A DNA stretch of 64,000 nucleotides from Klebsormidium nitens (taxonomy: Eukaryota > Plantae > Klebsormidiophyceae), in contig DF237267.1 in the NCBI GenBank assembly GCA_000708835.1, positions 39,284-103,283 of the forward strand. The letters run 5' to 3'. Shown piece by piece: positions 23,111 through 37,700 of this stretch. The notes beneath the pieces were generated by a model. The model ran no database searches and had not been told where the DNA came from. It saw only the letters and a program-made list of their open reading frames with translations. The stretch's first letter is position 1; every line of letters starts with the position of its first letter. The translations under genes and the position numbers were made by a program.

Positions 23111-25771
23111 TAAGTGAAAAAGCCTAGAGGGCGTCATCAGCATGAACAAACTGTTTACAAACAAGAAGAAGAGCGTTCTCAATCCAAAGTCTGAACTGGA
23201 TGGCTTAGAGGTCTGTTAGGCCATTGTTGAGCCTTTCAAGGATTCAAGTGTGAACTGCAACAGAATAGAAACCTGGAAGGGCCAGCCTTCTTGAACCTCG
23301 ACCTTATTGTGCAAAGTCTCTCGCCTCAATATCCTTGGTAAACTCCATTTGCTGTGCTCAGATCTGTAGTTCGTTCTGGCCATGTCTTGAGGATGAGGAC
23401 ATGCACAGCAATGGTCACATACTAAGAGTCCCTCATGTCCGATGCTAGCACTCCCACTCAGATCTAGATCGTCGAAGGGCTTACAGAGCCTTTAGAGGCG
23501 CATCGACCTCATCAGGAGCTCCATTTCAGGATGCCATTCAAGAGCGAAGTAGTGCGCAAAAGCTTACCCTGGGGAACAAGTGAGTCAGCAGAGAAAAGGC
23601 CCAAGTCACGAGCTGGATGGAGAAGCCCCAGAACGTGAGGTACTGCAAATTACTTTGATGGTTTTAGCAAGCAAGCGAAGACGGCCGCTCTAGCTGGTTA
23701 GAGGTTAACGCCAGCTGATGTTGTCAGGAAAGTCTTCACTTCGTGCTATAGTAGCTGCAAAAGCCTGAACACAAAGAAAACTCCTTAAAGCTTCCTGCTT
23801 TTGCTGTTCCAGACATTGACAAGTGAATGATAAGAGTGAGGGATCCCTCACTCGGTAGAACCAGCCAAATCCATGTGATCCTGGAAGTTGCTTTGCGCCG
23901 TCGCTGAAATGCCACAGATAGCCGTATAGATAAACGCAGAACAGAGTAAGATGGAAGACAAAAGCAAGGGTGAACGTTCTCAGTGGAGGATCCGAGTTGC
24001 CCTTCTTTGGCGTAGCGGGATGGGCCATTGCAGATCTGAGTCAAATGCTGGTCAAGCTGCACATAATTTGCATTGCACTGCATACCTAGAATCTAGATGT
24101 TCAGGCACAATGCATGCAATTTTGCGGACCATTTCTAGTCTGAGCGTGTAACCGTTATCGCTGCCGGCGATTTTGTCCTTGCTGACCCGTCAGTCCAGGG
24201 TTCCTCACCGGCCATGGTAGACGTCATGCAATCCATTACCAGGCAGCCCGAGCCGGTACATCGGTCGGTTCCGAATTCACTTGTGCCGGCGGCTGTCCGT
24301 TGTTCCGTCGCGGGGTCTGAATCTTGCGGCCGCGCGTCTTAGCCCTGCGGACGGCCGCGGCTAAAATAGTATGCTGCCACAGGGTTTGGGCCGGGCTTTG
24401 CTCTGCTGCACGGTCGCATTGAAGGTCGAGGGGGGTGCTTGAAAGGGACCTCCCACTAGCGGCAGTTGGGAGGTGTAGCTTCGTGTTCAGCCAGAGCAGT
24501 TCAATCAGGCCTGCTCGATGGCTTCTCCTTTGTCCACCGTATGAGCTCCTTCAGCTGAAAACTAGAGGTGGCTTTGGCGGATGCACAGCGGCATGGACGC
24601 GAGGAGGAGGTGTTTGTTGAGAAAGGTGGAAGCTATATGAGCTAGGCTGCTGCTGCTAGCCTGAGGGTAGACATGCCCGGGGCTTGATCGACAAACTCTG
24701 CGCAAGCAGGGTTCGAGCACAGGACCTGGGGCAGGACTAGCCTCACGTCACCCTCACAGCTCAACTGGAGAACGCAGCGTAAGGTCTTGTGCCAATCTCC
24801 GGCCCTTTTGGATCCACAATAGTCACCTTAAATTGCAAACGCACGCCACAAGGTTGCCTCGCGCTCGCGGCGTGCGTTGACAGTAAACGCAAATGAAAGC
24901 CCGCACAAATGTGAATCACAGGTGTTGAATCTAAGGGGGAGCTATTGAACGCACATTGCACACTAATCAAGCTGTTGAGTTTGCTATATTTCTATCTTTC
25001 TTCCACTACTTTCTCAGATGCACCAGTTCGGGTCTACAGCTGTCCAGGACATTTGCAATCCGCACTAGTGCATCAGCGAATGCCTTTCTTCTGAATTGTG
25101 AGCTCTTTTGGCCACAAAGACTGATTGCAGACGAGTTATGGTGGTGGTTCATAAAAAGGTAACCACTCTTCAAGCTACTTGTTGTGCCAGTTCCCTCCCT
25201 TTGACCACTGTGCTTTTCTTCATTTCTGGTGGCGTTCATTGATCATTGATACTAGAATCCTACACTCCATTGTCATATATATGAGGACGAGGGACCAGGG
25301 CCAGCTTGTTGCCACAAACACGTATTGCCAACACAGATGTTTTGCCCCTTCAGATAGTCTTTCGGTCAGCAACTGGGAGTCAATAAGTCTTTGCTCCTTC
25401 TGAGCTGCGCTGCAGTCTAAGCCAGGTGGTGGCACGGATGGATACAAACCACAACAAAGTGCGGCTCGACTCTGGAGTTCATATAGTGTCATTGCAGCTG
25501 TGGTACTCGCCGCTGACGGCCTTCGAAGCTTGATCTCACTAAGCCACAACCTGGGAGTCTTTCATTCTTTTCATCCCACCATTTCTGCTACATAAACCAC
25601 ACTCATCAAAGCAGAAGACATCGGAAAGGGGTTTCTGAGCAACAGACATCCCAATCGAAGCAAAGCATACGGACCCATGGACTCCAAGTCACACTGCCAG
25701 GCAACTAGAAAGTGACATTTGAACCCATCGTGATGCAGGGTTGTAACTGCTTCCATGCGACAGTAACCTGA

Positions 25772-28700
25772 ATGGCAGGCTCCGCAGCCGTGCACCCTGT
25801 GGGTGACGACATGGACCCGCGCAGGGCGTTCGTCGTGAGCACTATCATTGACAGCCTGGCGGTCCCTGCCCCGCAAAGGGCGCGCTTATACACCGCTCTT
25901 GCAAACGATGACAAGGTGAGCGCTGCAGGGTGTCTGGGTTCTTTGCGGCCACCAATCGACTATTGCACTTTTAAGCACACAATCTGCTATCAGTGGATCC
26001 CTGATCCAGATTTCATACCTTTTCTCAGGAGAAAGGTGCACTGTGGTTCTATGCTGCGCTTTGTAGGATAGAGTGGAAGCGCAAATTTTGACAGGCTTTG
26101 CTTGGTCATGGAAGACACGGTATAGTCCACAGGTTTCCAGAGTCTTCCTCCTAAGCCAGAAGGATCAATTGTGTCGATATGCGCGGAGCAGACAGTGTTA
26201 GCCTCGCCACAGGTATTAAACGCACACCAAGACTGCGCATGAATACGTCTCGATCATCGACTGACTGTGCCGGCACAAATATAACTTGCCGGTAATGTCG
26301 ATTTGATCTTAATAAATGCTCCGTGCATGCAGATCGGCAGCTTCTTGGAAGAGCCGTCGGTCCAAACGGTCGCCGCAAGCGCCTGGAAGGTAGGCACTCG
26401 TTGAGATCCTATCAGATTCTGCCCCTCTTTGGTAAATCCCTTCACACGCGGTCATCACCTTCTATCTTCGCTTTTGAGTTACGTTGGAGTCACATTCCCG
26501 CACAAGAGAAAGCGATTGGCCAATCCAATGACACTGTTTCGTCTAGGGGGGTTTGGCAGTGCTCAGTGCTCATCCCATATCCTGACCGACTAATTTTCCA
26601 TTTTTCACCCGCCAATCGTCAAGCTGTCAACTCCATGCTCAAATCAGAAGCTTTACGCTTTTATCAGGTAGAAATTGCCCTGACCAGCCGAATGCTACTA
26701 CAGTAGTCCGCTCACTTAACCATCCCTCTTTCAGGAAACCAACGGCCAGCTCCGAGTCGTAACTTCCGCCTCGGTTGACTTCCCAACCGGGTGCGATTAC
26801 CAGGTGGTCTTCAGTAAGGAGAAGCCGGGGGTGGTGTCGGTAGACGACATTCCGGGCGGAATCGTTGTGGCGACCCGGTCCAGCCCGCAGCTCAGCAGCT
26901 TGCACCACCTTTTGAAGACGGTGTATGCGCCGCTCCTGAAGAGCGGAGCGTGCGACAAGCATTTGCAGGCGAGCGATGAACACTTCTAGCAGCTGGTCTT
27001 TCTTTACCACTGTCAAAGTTCGTACGTTTTCTCGAGCAGGGTCCGAACAGAGTCCAGACCCCAACTGGCAAAAGTTGAGGTGGCCTTGGAGTCCTTCTTG
27101 TGCCGCGGATTTCGACGGGTATTGCGTGTCCGCTATTTGGCCGCTGTCAGAGGCCTGTGTACTGGCCATCGTGATAATGCGCTTTACTCTGTGAGGGTTC
27201 CGTTCACTTTCCAAGAAGTGGAAGGGGAAATATTAGATAGATTGCAGGAGTAGGAACATGCTTTGTGTGCGTTGAACGCTCAGAAGCAAGCATCTCAAGT
27301 ACTGCAGGAAAATAAAGCAACTAACGATCGACTGGCTGTCAGAATCAATGTACACAAAGCAGTAAGCTAAATGTTTGACTACCTGTACAGTGGTTCCTGA
27401 AATATAAACCATCCGTTTGGCAACGAGACTGTATCCACAAGCAAGAAAGCCAGACACGCTCTCTCAATTTGTTGCAGGACTTGTTGGTGGAGCTGGAGAG
27501 CGGGATTGGCACCCTTCTGCGACGGAACGGAGTCACCGGAATCAGCTCCCGCGCTTCCACCAAGCGCACATCTGAAACCGGTCCACCAAGTCCGGACTTT
27601 ATTGCGATCCTGACCCCGTCCGACGAGTTCCAAGTCTGGCAAGAGCTGGCAGCAGACGAGCAACTAGAGCCGGGACTAAAAGCGGCAGCGGCGCGGATCA
27701 GTCAGGAGTTTGAAACGCTTCGTCGGGGTTTCTCCGTAAGTGTCGTTTGCGACTCTCTGACAACTTTTTTGACTTTGCACTTTGCACTTTGTTATCCGGT
27801 CTTTCCTGGATGATTATCAGATTCTTTGTTTAGTGTTTTGGCTGCGACTGAAGATGTGTGGACAGAGCTTAGGACTCCGGGGCTTTGTCGTGCCGCTTGC
27901 TTTGTTGGAAAAGAATTAGATTGATTGCACACGCCCGTACTGTGAAATGAAGCGCGTATGTTGCACTCCGACTGAAAGAAAGCACAAACGCGGCCGCGAC
28001 TAAGCCTGGTCTTTTAACAAGCACCTCGTTTTCTCTATCGACAGTCCCTCTCGACGCTCTCCGAAGACGCGCTCCTAGAGCTCGTCGAATCTGCGCGCCC
28101 AGTCCTCGACGCCGTCTGGCAGCTCGGTGGCTCCGCGGCCGCGACCGCGTCCCCAAACCCCGAAACCCCGCTCTACCCTCAGCGCCGCATGGCGCACCTT
28201 CTGGCGCTCCTGAGCGACGCGGTCGCGGCAGCGGTTGTCGAACGCGTGCGGCCGCTTGACACGTGGCAAGGCGCGGTTGGCGAGGTAGAGCGGGTGATGA
28301 CGTGGGCACTTCGGCTGATTGCCACGTGGGAGAGGGACACGCTGGAGCTGACGAAGTTGGCGTGGCCGTCGCGAGGGGGTAACGTTTGGGCGGGAGAGCC
28401 GTTCTATCACAAGGGACTGGCTGCGCTGCGGGTGCGGATTGACGAGATTCTCAAAATACGGGAGGTAAGGTTGCGCAATCAAGCTGTCTTTAGGTCGATT
28501 ATCCGTTCGTAAAAGGGCTTGATGACCTCGTAAGTAGCCTTACTGTGCCAGAATCCTTGTCACTAATACTGTTCAACTGTTGCCGCTGTTCAAAGCATCT
28601 AGGGTATTGCGAAGACTTCAATGACGCTGAGGTTGATCAGTTCTGCCAGCGAAACGGACGCTGTCTGCAGAACACAACGAAGAGCTAGCGTCGCCTTTGT

Positions 28701-31700
28701 ATCTTAAAGGCACCTCCACTCTGCCCGAATTGTGGATACTTCTCTGTTTTGTGATGAATGAAGTATCGATAGAACCTCGTAGACGGTATCCTCAGAAAGG
28801 CCCCGTATTTACAACCGCGCTCACTTTTTCTGCAGGTGCACGAGGAGCTCATTCTGCTCCTCTCATCCGACGAGGCCCACTTTCTCACCGCGGCCCGCTG
28901 CTTCGAGCCGTTTCGCACCGTCCAAGTGCTAGACTGCAGCGCCTACAACGAGGCCCGGTGGAAAGCCGCCGTGTCGGAACACCACGCGCGGATTGCACCA
29001 ATTGAGACGCGCATAGCGGAGAAGCTGAGGGAAACGTTTGGTGTGACGCTTGTGCCGGCGCTGACTGCCGCGGTGTCGGGGCAGGGGGCCGAGGACGGTA
29101 ACGGGTTGGCGCAACCGTCGCAGGTAAGACGAAAGACTTGTAAGGAATTATTTCAAAGCGGCTTTTGGTGTGATACATCACCTACCGGTGTCTTTGACAT
29201 CGTTATCTCTGGACTGGGCTTCTGAACTACCGTCCCCTCCATATAGCTTAGCGCTTTTGACGTGTGAATTCAATCATTTAAGAACCCTTGCGCTGGGCCG
29301 CGTTCGCTTCTCCTGTCATATGACTACTTGAGTAAAACCTTTTTAGCTGGTAAAGCTACCGGTCGAGGTAAACGAATCTCGTGCACCAAAGTGCTACGGG
29401 CTTGATTCAATCAAGTCTTCCTTCTCAAGCAGGTCTTTCAGCAGCTGAGGCGATACGGGGAGCTTCTGGCGCGACCCATCATCTCGGAAGCACTTAGCAA
29501 CGAGAAGCAAAGTATCAGCGCCCTGCTTTTTAGGTAAAGAAAAGTACTAACTAATTTGCTCTTCTCTTCTTCCTGTCCATTTCTTCCAATCTCTAGGCTG
29601 GGACCCTCAGTAGCAAAGCAAATGGTGTAGTTGCTTCTTTTGTGAAAGCAGAGTGATTCTCCGTCGTTTCTTTTAGTGATTAGATTAGTGTAGCAATTGT
29701 AGGACTCGTGGCGCCAGTCTGTCCATAGATGCGCCCGATCTGCATTCGCCTCACCATCATTATTTTCCGCATCGCTTAAAGAGGGCTTTGGCGGATGCAT
29801 CCGCAGTGACGTCAAGAGCGACATACATCCCAGAGTATCAGGTCGATTGTCGCCAAGAAATGACATTAGCCGGTGACCACGTGGTACCATCTTAGCTTCC
29901 AAGTACCAGCACTCTCACTCTTATTGTCGCTGCGATTTTTTCGTATCGCCACGCCCTCTTTAAAGCACCGAGCATGCCTCTGAGCGGAGTTTGTGGATTC
30001 CTCGTGGCCACCGTTCTTCAGCCATGCGAAACGAGCTCAAGAAGGTTAGGAGAAACAAACGCCTTTCTCCGCCTTTGGCAGATACTTGGGTTTGCTCCGG
30101 AACGAGTTCGACGACCACTCGGCCGGGCACGACTCGTCAGATGCACTCTCGTCCATCTCGTGGGCGGTGCAAATGGAAGCCAAGGTGAGAATCATTTCAA
30201 CTATTCTGAAAGGTAGTCATATGCTATTATGTCTGAAGTGGGCGCTTCAGCTCACTCCATATTCATTCCGCGCGAGAAATTGTGGCGAAAGTTGCCAAGT
30301 TTCCTGTTCTCCTAAGCACTAGAGACTGTTCTCAAGTAGTGAATGGAAGCTGTATGAGTGTGCCCATTCAGCCTGTTCTGGGCGGAAAGCGCTGTGAAAA
30401 TGTGGTGAAAGTCCCGGAGACGAAAGCGAGGGGTTTCAAATCAGGATTTCCTTGATGTGCAGGTCGACGAGCTTATGAATACGTTTGCCTTGTTTTCTGG
30501 GGTGGATGCGGGTCGGTCGGCCGGTGGATCGACTGATGCGTCTGAGAAGTTGAGGTGAGAACCCGTTTCTTGGCTCGATGAGAAAGAGCAAGGTGACTCG
30601 CCTACATTCGAGATCGTTGGGCTTCGACGTATTGGCTCCGGGTTTGATCTTTTCCAGGCGGATGCGCGCTTGACGTGCTTTATGATCTCTCACCAGAACC
30701 GGACGTTTGAAATGACATTTGAAATAGACTGTATAATCAAGCCATCGCCTTCGTATCGCGCGAGCCAAAAGACTGGCCCTGCGCAATCAGGCAGCCAAAA
30801 CGGGCCGAACCTGTAAGTTAGCTCACCTTGGCAATCTAGACGTGCTTTACGTGTTGAAAGCACTCCGGACTCATCTTACCGTTTCATCTGACGGCAGCGA
30901 CCTACGCCGTGACGTCATCGAGTACAAGAAGGCCCAATTCAAGCAGTGGGATGCGGACACGCGGGACAAGCTTCCGGACATGGCCCTGGAGGCGTCCGGC
31001 AGGCTCATGGACCTGGACGCCAAAGACGGACACGTGGAGGTGAGTTGTGCGCACGCACTATCGACATAGACTAGAAGATCTCCACGAAAGACAGAAACGT
31101 CCCCGTCAGGCTTTGCGCTTGGCTCATGAACCTGGACCCCAAAGATAGACACGTGGAGGTCAGGCTGGCGCCTCCGCTTTTCAGGAAAATGAAACGAGCA
31201 ATCTGCATGATATAGTATCTTACGAGTGTTTCCACTTACCTGTCCGGTGGTCTGCCTCGTTGCGAGGATGTTATCCTTGGTTTGTCCAGACCCATGCAGG
31301 CAGATTGGGCAAGCGAGTATTGAGTTTCCCGCCGAGATTCTTCTGCCGTGCTCGTATTGCAAGCCGATTGCGAGACAAGGTCCGAAGTAAGCGCGCTAAA
31401 ATATACATCCAGAAGTTGTCTTTCAGGGCCTTCCAAGCAGGTTTGTGACTGGTCTCATATCTTTTCAGGTACATTTCACCGACGATCTGGTGAAGCTGGT
31501 CCAGGAAGTGCGCGCATTGTCATCACTGGGGTTCCAAATCAAGGTAAGAGCGGCCTGTTATCGACGTCAGATGCCCCTTCCTGAAGTCCTTCAAGATCCA
31601 TCTGAAGTGTGCACCCGCTGCGTTTTCGAAGGAGCGCATGAATGCCGGCTAAATGTAGCTCCAGAATACTTCGGATCCTCATGAGAGACGATTGATTTGA

Positions 31701-34700
31701 CTTCACAGCTTTTGAACTGGTATTTCCAGTGTAACACCTTGCGGCAACTCAAGCCAACGATGACGAAGGATAGACGCATCCCCCTGCGTCTTAAGATACT
31801 CTTCGCGCGCACGCTGACGTCATTCTTCACGCTTCCGCGCAGGCTGACGTCAGCAAGGCGGCGGAGACGGCGCGGCGATTCAGCCGGCACGGCGTGGTGC
31901 TGCAGCAGGTGGCCAACTTCTACAACGAGATCGGGACGCAAATGGTGCCCAGCCAGAAGGGGATGATGCTGGACGACGCGCTGCGATTCGAGCAGGTGCT
32001 CAAGAACCCGCGAGATGGGCTGGGGAACCCTATCACGTGGAACAACGCACCGGCTTTGCAGGTGAGGAATGCTTGGGTACTCTTCCATTTTTATGGTGTT
32101 ATGGGTTTTGAGATTGTAAGAAGACGGAGCACTGACAGAAGGGCATGCCGGAAGACGCGCTGCGGTTCGAGCAGGTGCTCAAGAACCCGCGCGACGGGCT
32201 GGTAAATCCGATAACCGGCCATGTTTCGGAGATAAACGTCGCCTTCATCGATACATATCGTGCTCTATATCAGAAATTTGCAACCGAAGAGGCAGTACTA
32301 TACGAAAAAGCAGAGAGTCTCCGAGCTGTAAGTCCATGCAAATCATCAAGCAAGTGATCACTCCGCAGGATTACATCACCCGGCTTCAAGAAGTGGCCAT
32401 GAACCTGACCGAGAAGAACCGCAAGCTGCGTAAAAAGCACACGCAGCTGGGCGAGAAAGTTGGCGCGCTCACGGCCGTCGATCTAGTTCGCCAGCGGGAC
32501 CGGTGGAAGGAAGGCGTGCGCGATCTGCGCGCGGTTTTCGACGGGCTGGAGAAACAGGGGGTGGCCGTGACGCGCGACTGGCGCGCGCACTGGGACCACC
32601 AGGTGAGACGGCGAAGGTTCGCCCACAGGGACAGAAACCTGACCTCAGATGATGATAACCGAAGTCAGCGCAACTGAGGACCGAAAGTAGAATGAGTTGG
32701 AAATGAGTAGAGAAGCGTTTCATTTGACAAAGGTGGAAAGGACAAGATGATCGGACAGGGAACCGCCGAGTCGGACAGGCTGTTTGAATTTTCTTTGCAA
32801 TTTTGCGGAAAGAATTCACTTTGGTTTTTGTTTGATTGACGCTTCTCCTTGTTCTTATAAACGGTACCTACCAGTTTTCGCTCGTTGCTTTTGGCGCTGC
32901 AGGGGTTACCGCCAGACACGCGACCCACATTCAAGTCCCCTAGTAGCGAAATCTCACTCCACTTTTTTCATCGTGCAGCTTTACAAGGCGCTCCAATACC
33001 AGTACCGCAAGGGCTTGCAAAGCCTGAACGAGAACCTGCCGCCCACGACCGTGAAGCTGGTGTTCAAGCAGAAGAAGCTGCAGTTTGAACCGGGTTTTGA
33101 GGAGATTCGACAGGCGCACTTCCGGGAGATCCAAAAGTTCCTCAAGTAAGCCAGCGTCCAGATCACCTGTCGCTGCTATTCATAGTTTAGGCAGTCCCAA
33201 CTCTAGTTGGTTTAGGCTGGCGAGTCGAGAATCATTGTGGAATGGGAGGTATGTGCAGTTTGCGACGCTGAATATGGAAGTAAGTGTGTCCGAATGTCGC
33301 AAACCTTTCTCTCTATGATGGATCATGAAGTAAACGCTTCTTGAGCATGCGGATTCTGGGCGGCCTTAGTAGGTCATTCAAAAAGCCGGCGCTCGGTTCA
33401 CGCGTCCCTCATGACAGAGTTATACCTGCGAGATCTTCCAGTCAATATTCTCGAGTCTCAGGCTTTGCTATTAAGAGCTTCCTTCCGCTTTCCCGTATGA
33501 TAAAGACACTCTGTATCGCCACGATACAGCATCCCGCAGCAGTTTAAGGGCGTCGGCGACAGCACCATCTTTCGGCACATGATGAAGGACGAGAGCCTCG
33601 TGCTGGCGCTCGCGAACGTATACGAAAGGTGACCCTTCAACCCCAGTTTTTGTCAGAGGACCTTGTCGAAGTTTCACGAAGGCATGTCCGTAGATCTCTC
33701 ACCTTTCTTATTCTAGCTTGCCTCTTGAATATCTGCGTAGACTGATTCAGACACCATTCTGATAACACTGGATGCGAATGACGGGTCCGAGGAGCGGCTG
33801 AACAGGAGAACGACTCGGTGCTTTAGCAATAGACAAATAGTTTTGAAGGTTAGGTGCAAACAACAGAAGTTTCATTTCTTCTTATTTCAGCGCCTGGGGC
33901 GCGGCCAAATGTAGTTTGCTATTCTCCGCAGATTCTCTTCCAGAGCTGTCGCAGTGACAATCAGCTGCGGCGAGCCACTGGTCAGCCATACACGATCAAA
34001 AATACCACGGATTCTCGACATGCCAAATAGAATCAAGCTTCTGGTGCAAAGGAAACAGCCGATTCAATCCATCTTTGTTTGGGTTCAAGCCTCTGCCAGC
34101 CCGTATGCCGTTCAAATGCCTCCCTGAAAAGTGGCCAGCAGCCATACTTCGCACTTCTTCAAACGTGTCTCTTCTCCTCCTAAGAGTTTCCATTTTCGTC
34201 TGCAGGGCCGAAGTTCTGCTGCAGAAACTGGCGGAAGAGCAGAAGAAGCTGTCCGAGTGGGTGGCGCTGGGGACGGTCGACCTGGAGGAATTTGTAGATG
34301 CGCACCTGGACGATGTGCCGGACTGGGAGCTCAACTTCAGAATCCTCAAGGTGTGGTTTTCAAGATTTCAGAGGACACTTTATCTTCCAGTGGAGCTCAA
34401 AGTTCTAAAGAATGATACGTCGACTTCGAATTCTTTAGGCTTGAAAAGTCTAGAGTACAAGACTTCGATTTTCTCGACATTCTCGAAAGAATCTGAGGAT
34501 TGAAGGTTTGGAGGCTGGAAAGTCTCAAAATTTGGAAGGCTTCGCAGAGACAGGCGAAAAAACCCAGATAAAGCGGGACGCAAACCAGATAAAGCCTGGG
34601 ACGTTTAGGCTTTAGGGAACTTGGAGTTTTAACGGATCACCCCCTTTGCTGCTTCTAAATCGACTTCAAGGTTTCAAAACATAGGAATAGGGGCCTCTTC

Positions 34701-37700
34701 TTGAGAGATGTAGAGGGCAAGAAACCTCACCAACCTGCAAAAAGTTTTCAGAGATTGTACCTTGCCAGGGTGAGTCCCGGGCTAACTTCTTCTTTGTGCA
34801 CAGATGAAAGCCAAAGAGAGCGACGCGATCCCGGCTGAAATCAAGGTGGACTGCTACACGATCGTCACGATTCCAACCAAGATCGCGGTTGAGGAGCAAA
34901 TGAAGCGTCTCCACGAGGCGCTGTGCAATTCGCTTCGCCGGAAAGCCGTCGCGGACAAGGACGGACTGGAGAAATTCATCGCGGACGGACGGAAAGTGCT
35001 GGAGGGGCAGCCGCAGAGCGTGGAGGACATTGGGCGCGCGCGGCAGGAGGCTTTTAACCTGGTGGGTTAGCAAAGCTGGTTAGCATCTTTTACAAAGTCG
35101 GGGCACAGCCTGTTGTCTACAGAACTAAGAAATCATGTTTATGATTATCTCAAGGCTGCGTTCCATCTAATGGGGAGAGGGCATCACCTGTTGACAATTC
35201 CCATCAGGGGGAATTATCGCCTCACGATTGACGCCAGCCATCTGCAACGGTTCCGAGCCTTTCCAATCTACGAGATAGACAGCTCGATTTCCGGTATGCG
35301 TAGGAAAATGCAACGTACCATCAACAAGATCTGTAAGGGATATTATTACCTCCTCGTAATCTCATCATCTTCCAGGTATCGGCGGTCCCTGCCGCGCTGG
35401 AGACCCGCCGAAAGTGCGAGGAGAAGCTACGGCTGCTGCGCCAGGTGTCACCTCCTCGTGCCGCCACGGTGGACCTGTCATCACTGCTCAGCCAATGGGA
35501 CGACTTCACGGCGCGGCTAAGTCAGCACGAGGCGCATCTCGCGGAGCAGAAGGAGAAGCTGAAAACAAAAATTGAAGCGGACATTTCCGAGTTTTGTGGG
35601 CGGTTGGAAGCGTTTGCGACCCGCTGGGCGGAAATCAAGCCGAGCGGAATTCCTGCCGGGGGAGCGGAATCGGTCATCCAGAAGATAGAGGACGCGTTGC
35701 GGTTTGTGAAGGAGTTCGAGGCGGAGGCGGCCGCGTTCGCGAGCGCGTGCGGCGCGTTTGAGATGGAAACCCCGGAAGGGTTTAGGGTTTTGGAGGTTCT
35801 AAAGGGGGAAGTCTTCGCGGCCCAGGAAGCGTGGGGTCGTTACGGAACGTTCAGCGCGGAACGGAAAGAGCTGAGCGGAAAGGCGTGGACGACGGTGCGA
35901 GGGAAGCTGCATCTGGTGGAGGAGTTCTTGTTGAAGTGGGCGGAAGCGGTTAAGGGCTCGGTTAAGAATGACCCGGTTTCCGTCCTGATCCTCCAGGAGA
36001 CGGAACGGTACCGGAAGTGCTTGCCGTTCTTGCGGTTTGTCAGGGAGGACATCAAGTGGGCGGAAATTTCCGCTCTGCTGGGGATGACGGAAAATGGACG
36101 GGCGGAAGTGAAGTTCGACGACTTGACACTGGGCCACTTTCTGGCCCGCGCGGACGCGATGGTGTCAAGGGGCGACGAGCTGAAAGCACTCCATGCGCAA
36201 GCGCAGGGAGAAGTCGTCCTCCGAGACTCGTTAAACGTGCTCAAAGTTTGGGGGTTAGAGAGACGGTTTACGTTGATCAAGTACGAGTCAGGCAAACCGT
36301 GTGCCCTGATAAAGGAGTGGAAAGACGTCATGACGGAAGTGGGCGACCACCAGAGTCTGGTCCAGTCTCTAAAAGAGTCGCCCTTTTTCGCGCCGTTCAA
36401 GGACGAGACCAGCACGTGGGAGCGGCGCTTAGGCGCACTAACCGAGGGTTTGCAGCAGCTAAACGGCATCCAAAGAAAGTGGGTTTACCTGGAGCCCATT
36501 TTCGCGAGGGGAGCGCTTCCGCAGGAGCAGGCCCGGTTCCGGCGGGTCGACGAGGAGTTCCGCCAGCTTATGGGCGGGATCGCAGCGGACACCCTGGTGA
36601 CGTCATTTGCTGACGTTCCCAGATTAAGAGACAACTTGCCCAGGTTGTCGGCCCAGTTAGACATCTGCCAGAAGGCGCTCTCGGACTTCTTGGAAGAGAA
36701 GCGGTCCCACTTTCCCCGGTTTTACTTCATTGGGGATGACGACATGCTTGAGATTCTGGGTCAAGCCAAAAACCCGACGGTTATCCAGGCACATCTGAAG
36801 AAGCTCTTCGCGGGCATCCACTCGGTTGAATTTGGGGTTAACAACCAGAGTATAGTAGCGATGAAGAGCGTGGACGGGGAGGTGGTTAGCCTCGTTAACC
36901 CAGTGGTTATCAGCGACCGGGTGGAGGACTGGTTGAGCGATCTGGCGACTGGGATGAAGCTTACGCTGAAAGACATGCTGGCGAGGTGCCTGGAAACGAA
37001 GGACTACAACAAGTTTCCGATGCAGGTAACTTCTTCTGCTCATTCTTTGCTTGCCTGTTGTCCTTATAGATGTTCCAGGCTTATGCCAATATGAGTCGCT
37101 TTCTTTATGTCCGTCGGTTTTCGGTGCATTTCTTTCGTATCAGAAAGTGTCCGGTCAAACCTGCTCAAATGCTTCATTTTACTTTCTACTCGGAATGAAC
37201 GTCAGGGAGAATCAAGGCGACGCTGGAGCCTTTCTGTATAAAGCTTCTTGCAGTCGGCCTCTTTCTTCATTGCCACTATCGGCGTGTCCTGTCTGCTCTT
37301 AAATTCTTCGAGCATCGAAAGGGTATGAATCGAAGTAAGAGATCTCTGCAGAATAATAACCAAGTAAGGCAGGGACGTAAGGATTTGCTGTTCGGAAGCA
37401 GCAGCCATATTGCTGTTTTGTTTTTGCTTACGCAACGTTTTGCATACGACGTCTCACGTTTCGCGAAACTCCACCTTGCAGATTCTGTGTCTGGCGGACC
37501 AGATCGACTTCACGCAGCGCTGCGAGGCCGCGCTCCAGCGGGGCGGCTCGCAGACCGCAGCGGCACTAAAGGAACTAGTAGCGGAGCAAAAACAGCAGCT
37601 GAAGGAGTATACGAGCGTCGACATGGAGGGGCAGCACGTGCTGCAACTGAAGATCAAGGTGAACCTTTTGACGTTGGTCCCAAGAAGCTGGTTTTTGTTC

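Noticed and set aside
25006-25549. Minus-strand ORF fragments ending AFADALVRIANVLD, vaguely like a trihelix/Myb-SANT coiled coil
   Set aside because: Resemblance limited to about 14 residues; no splice chain or DNA-binding motif found.
34765-34803. CCAG|G|GTGAGT just before dynein exon 17, suggesting a 1-nt microexon
   Set aside because: It would need an intron of about 35 nt and would break the frame; direct exon 16-17 splicing already gives a homologue-like ILK|MKAKE...KVDC.
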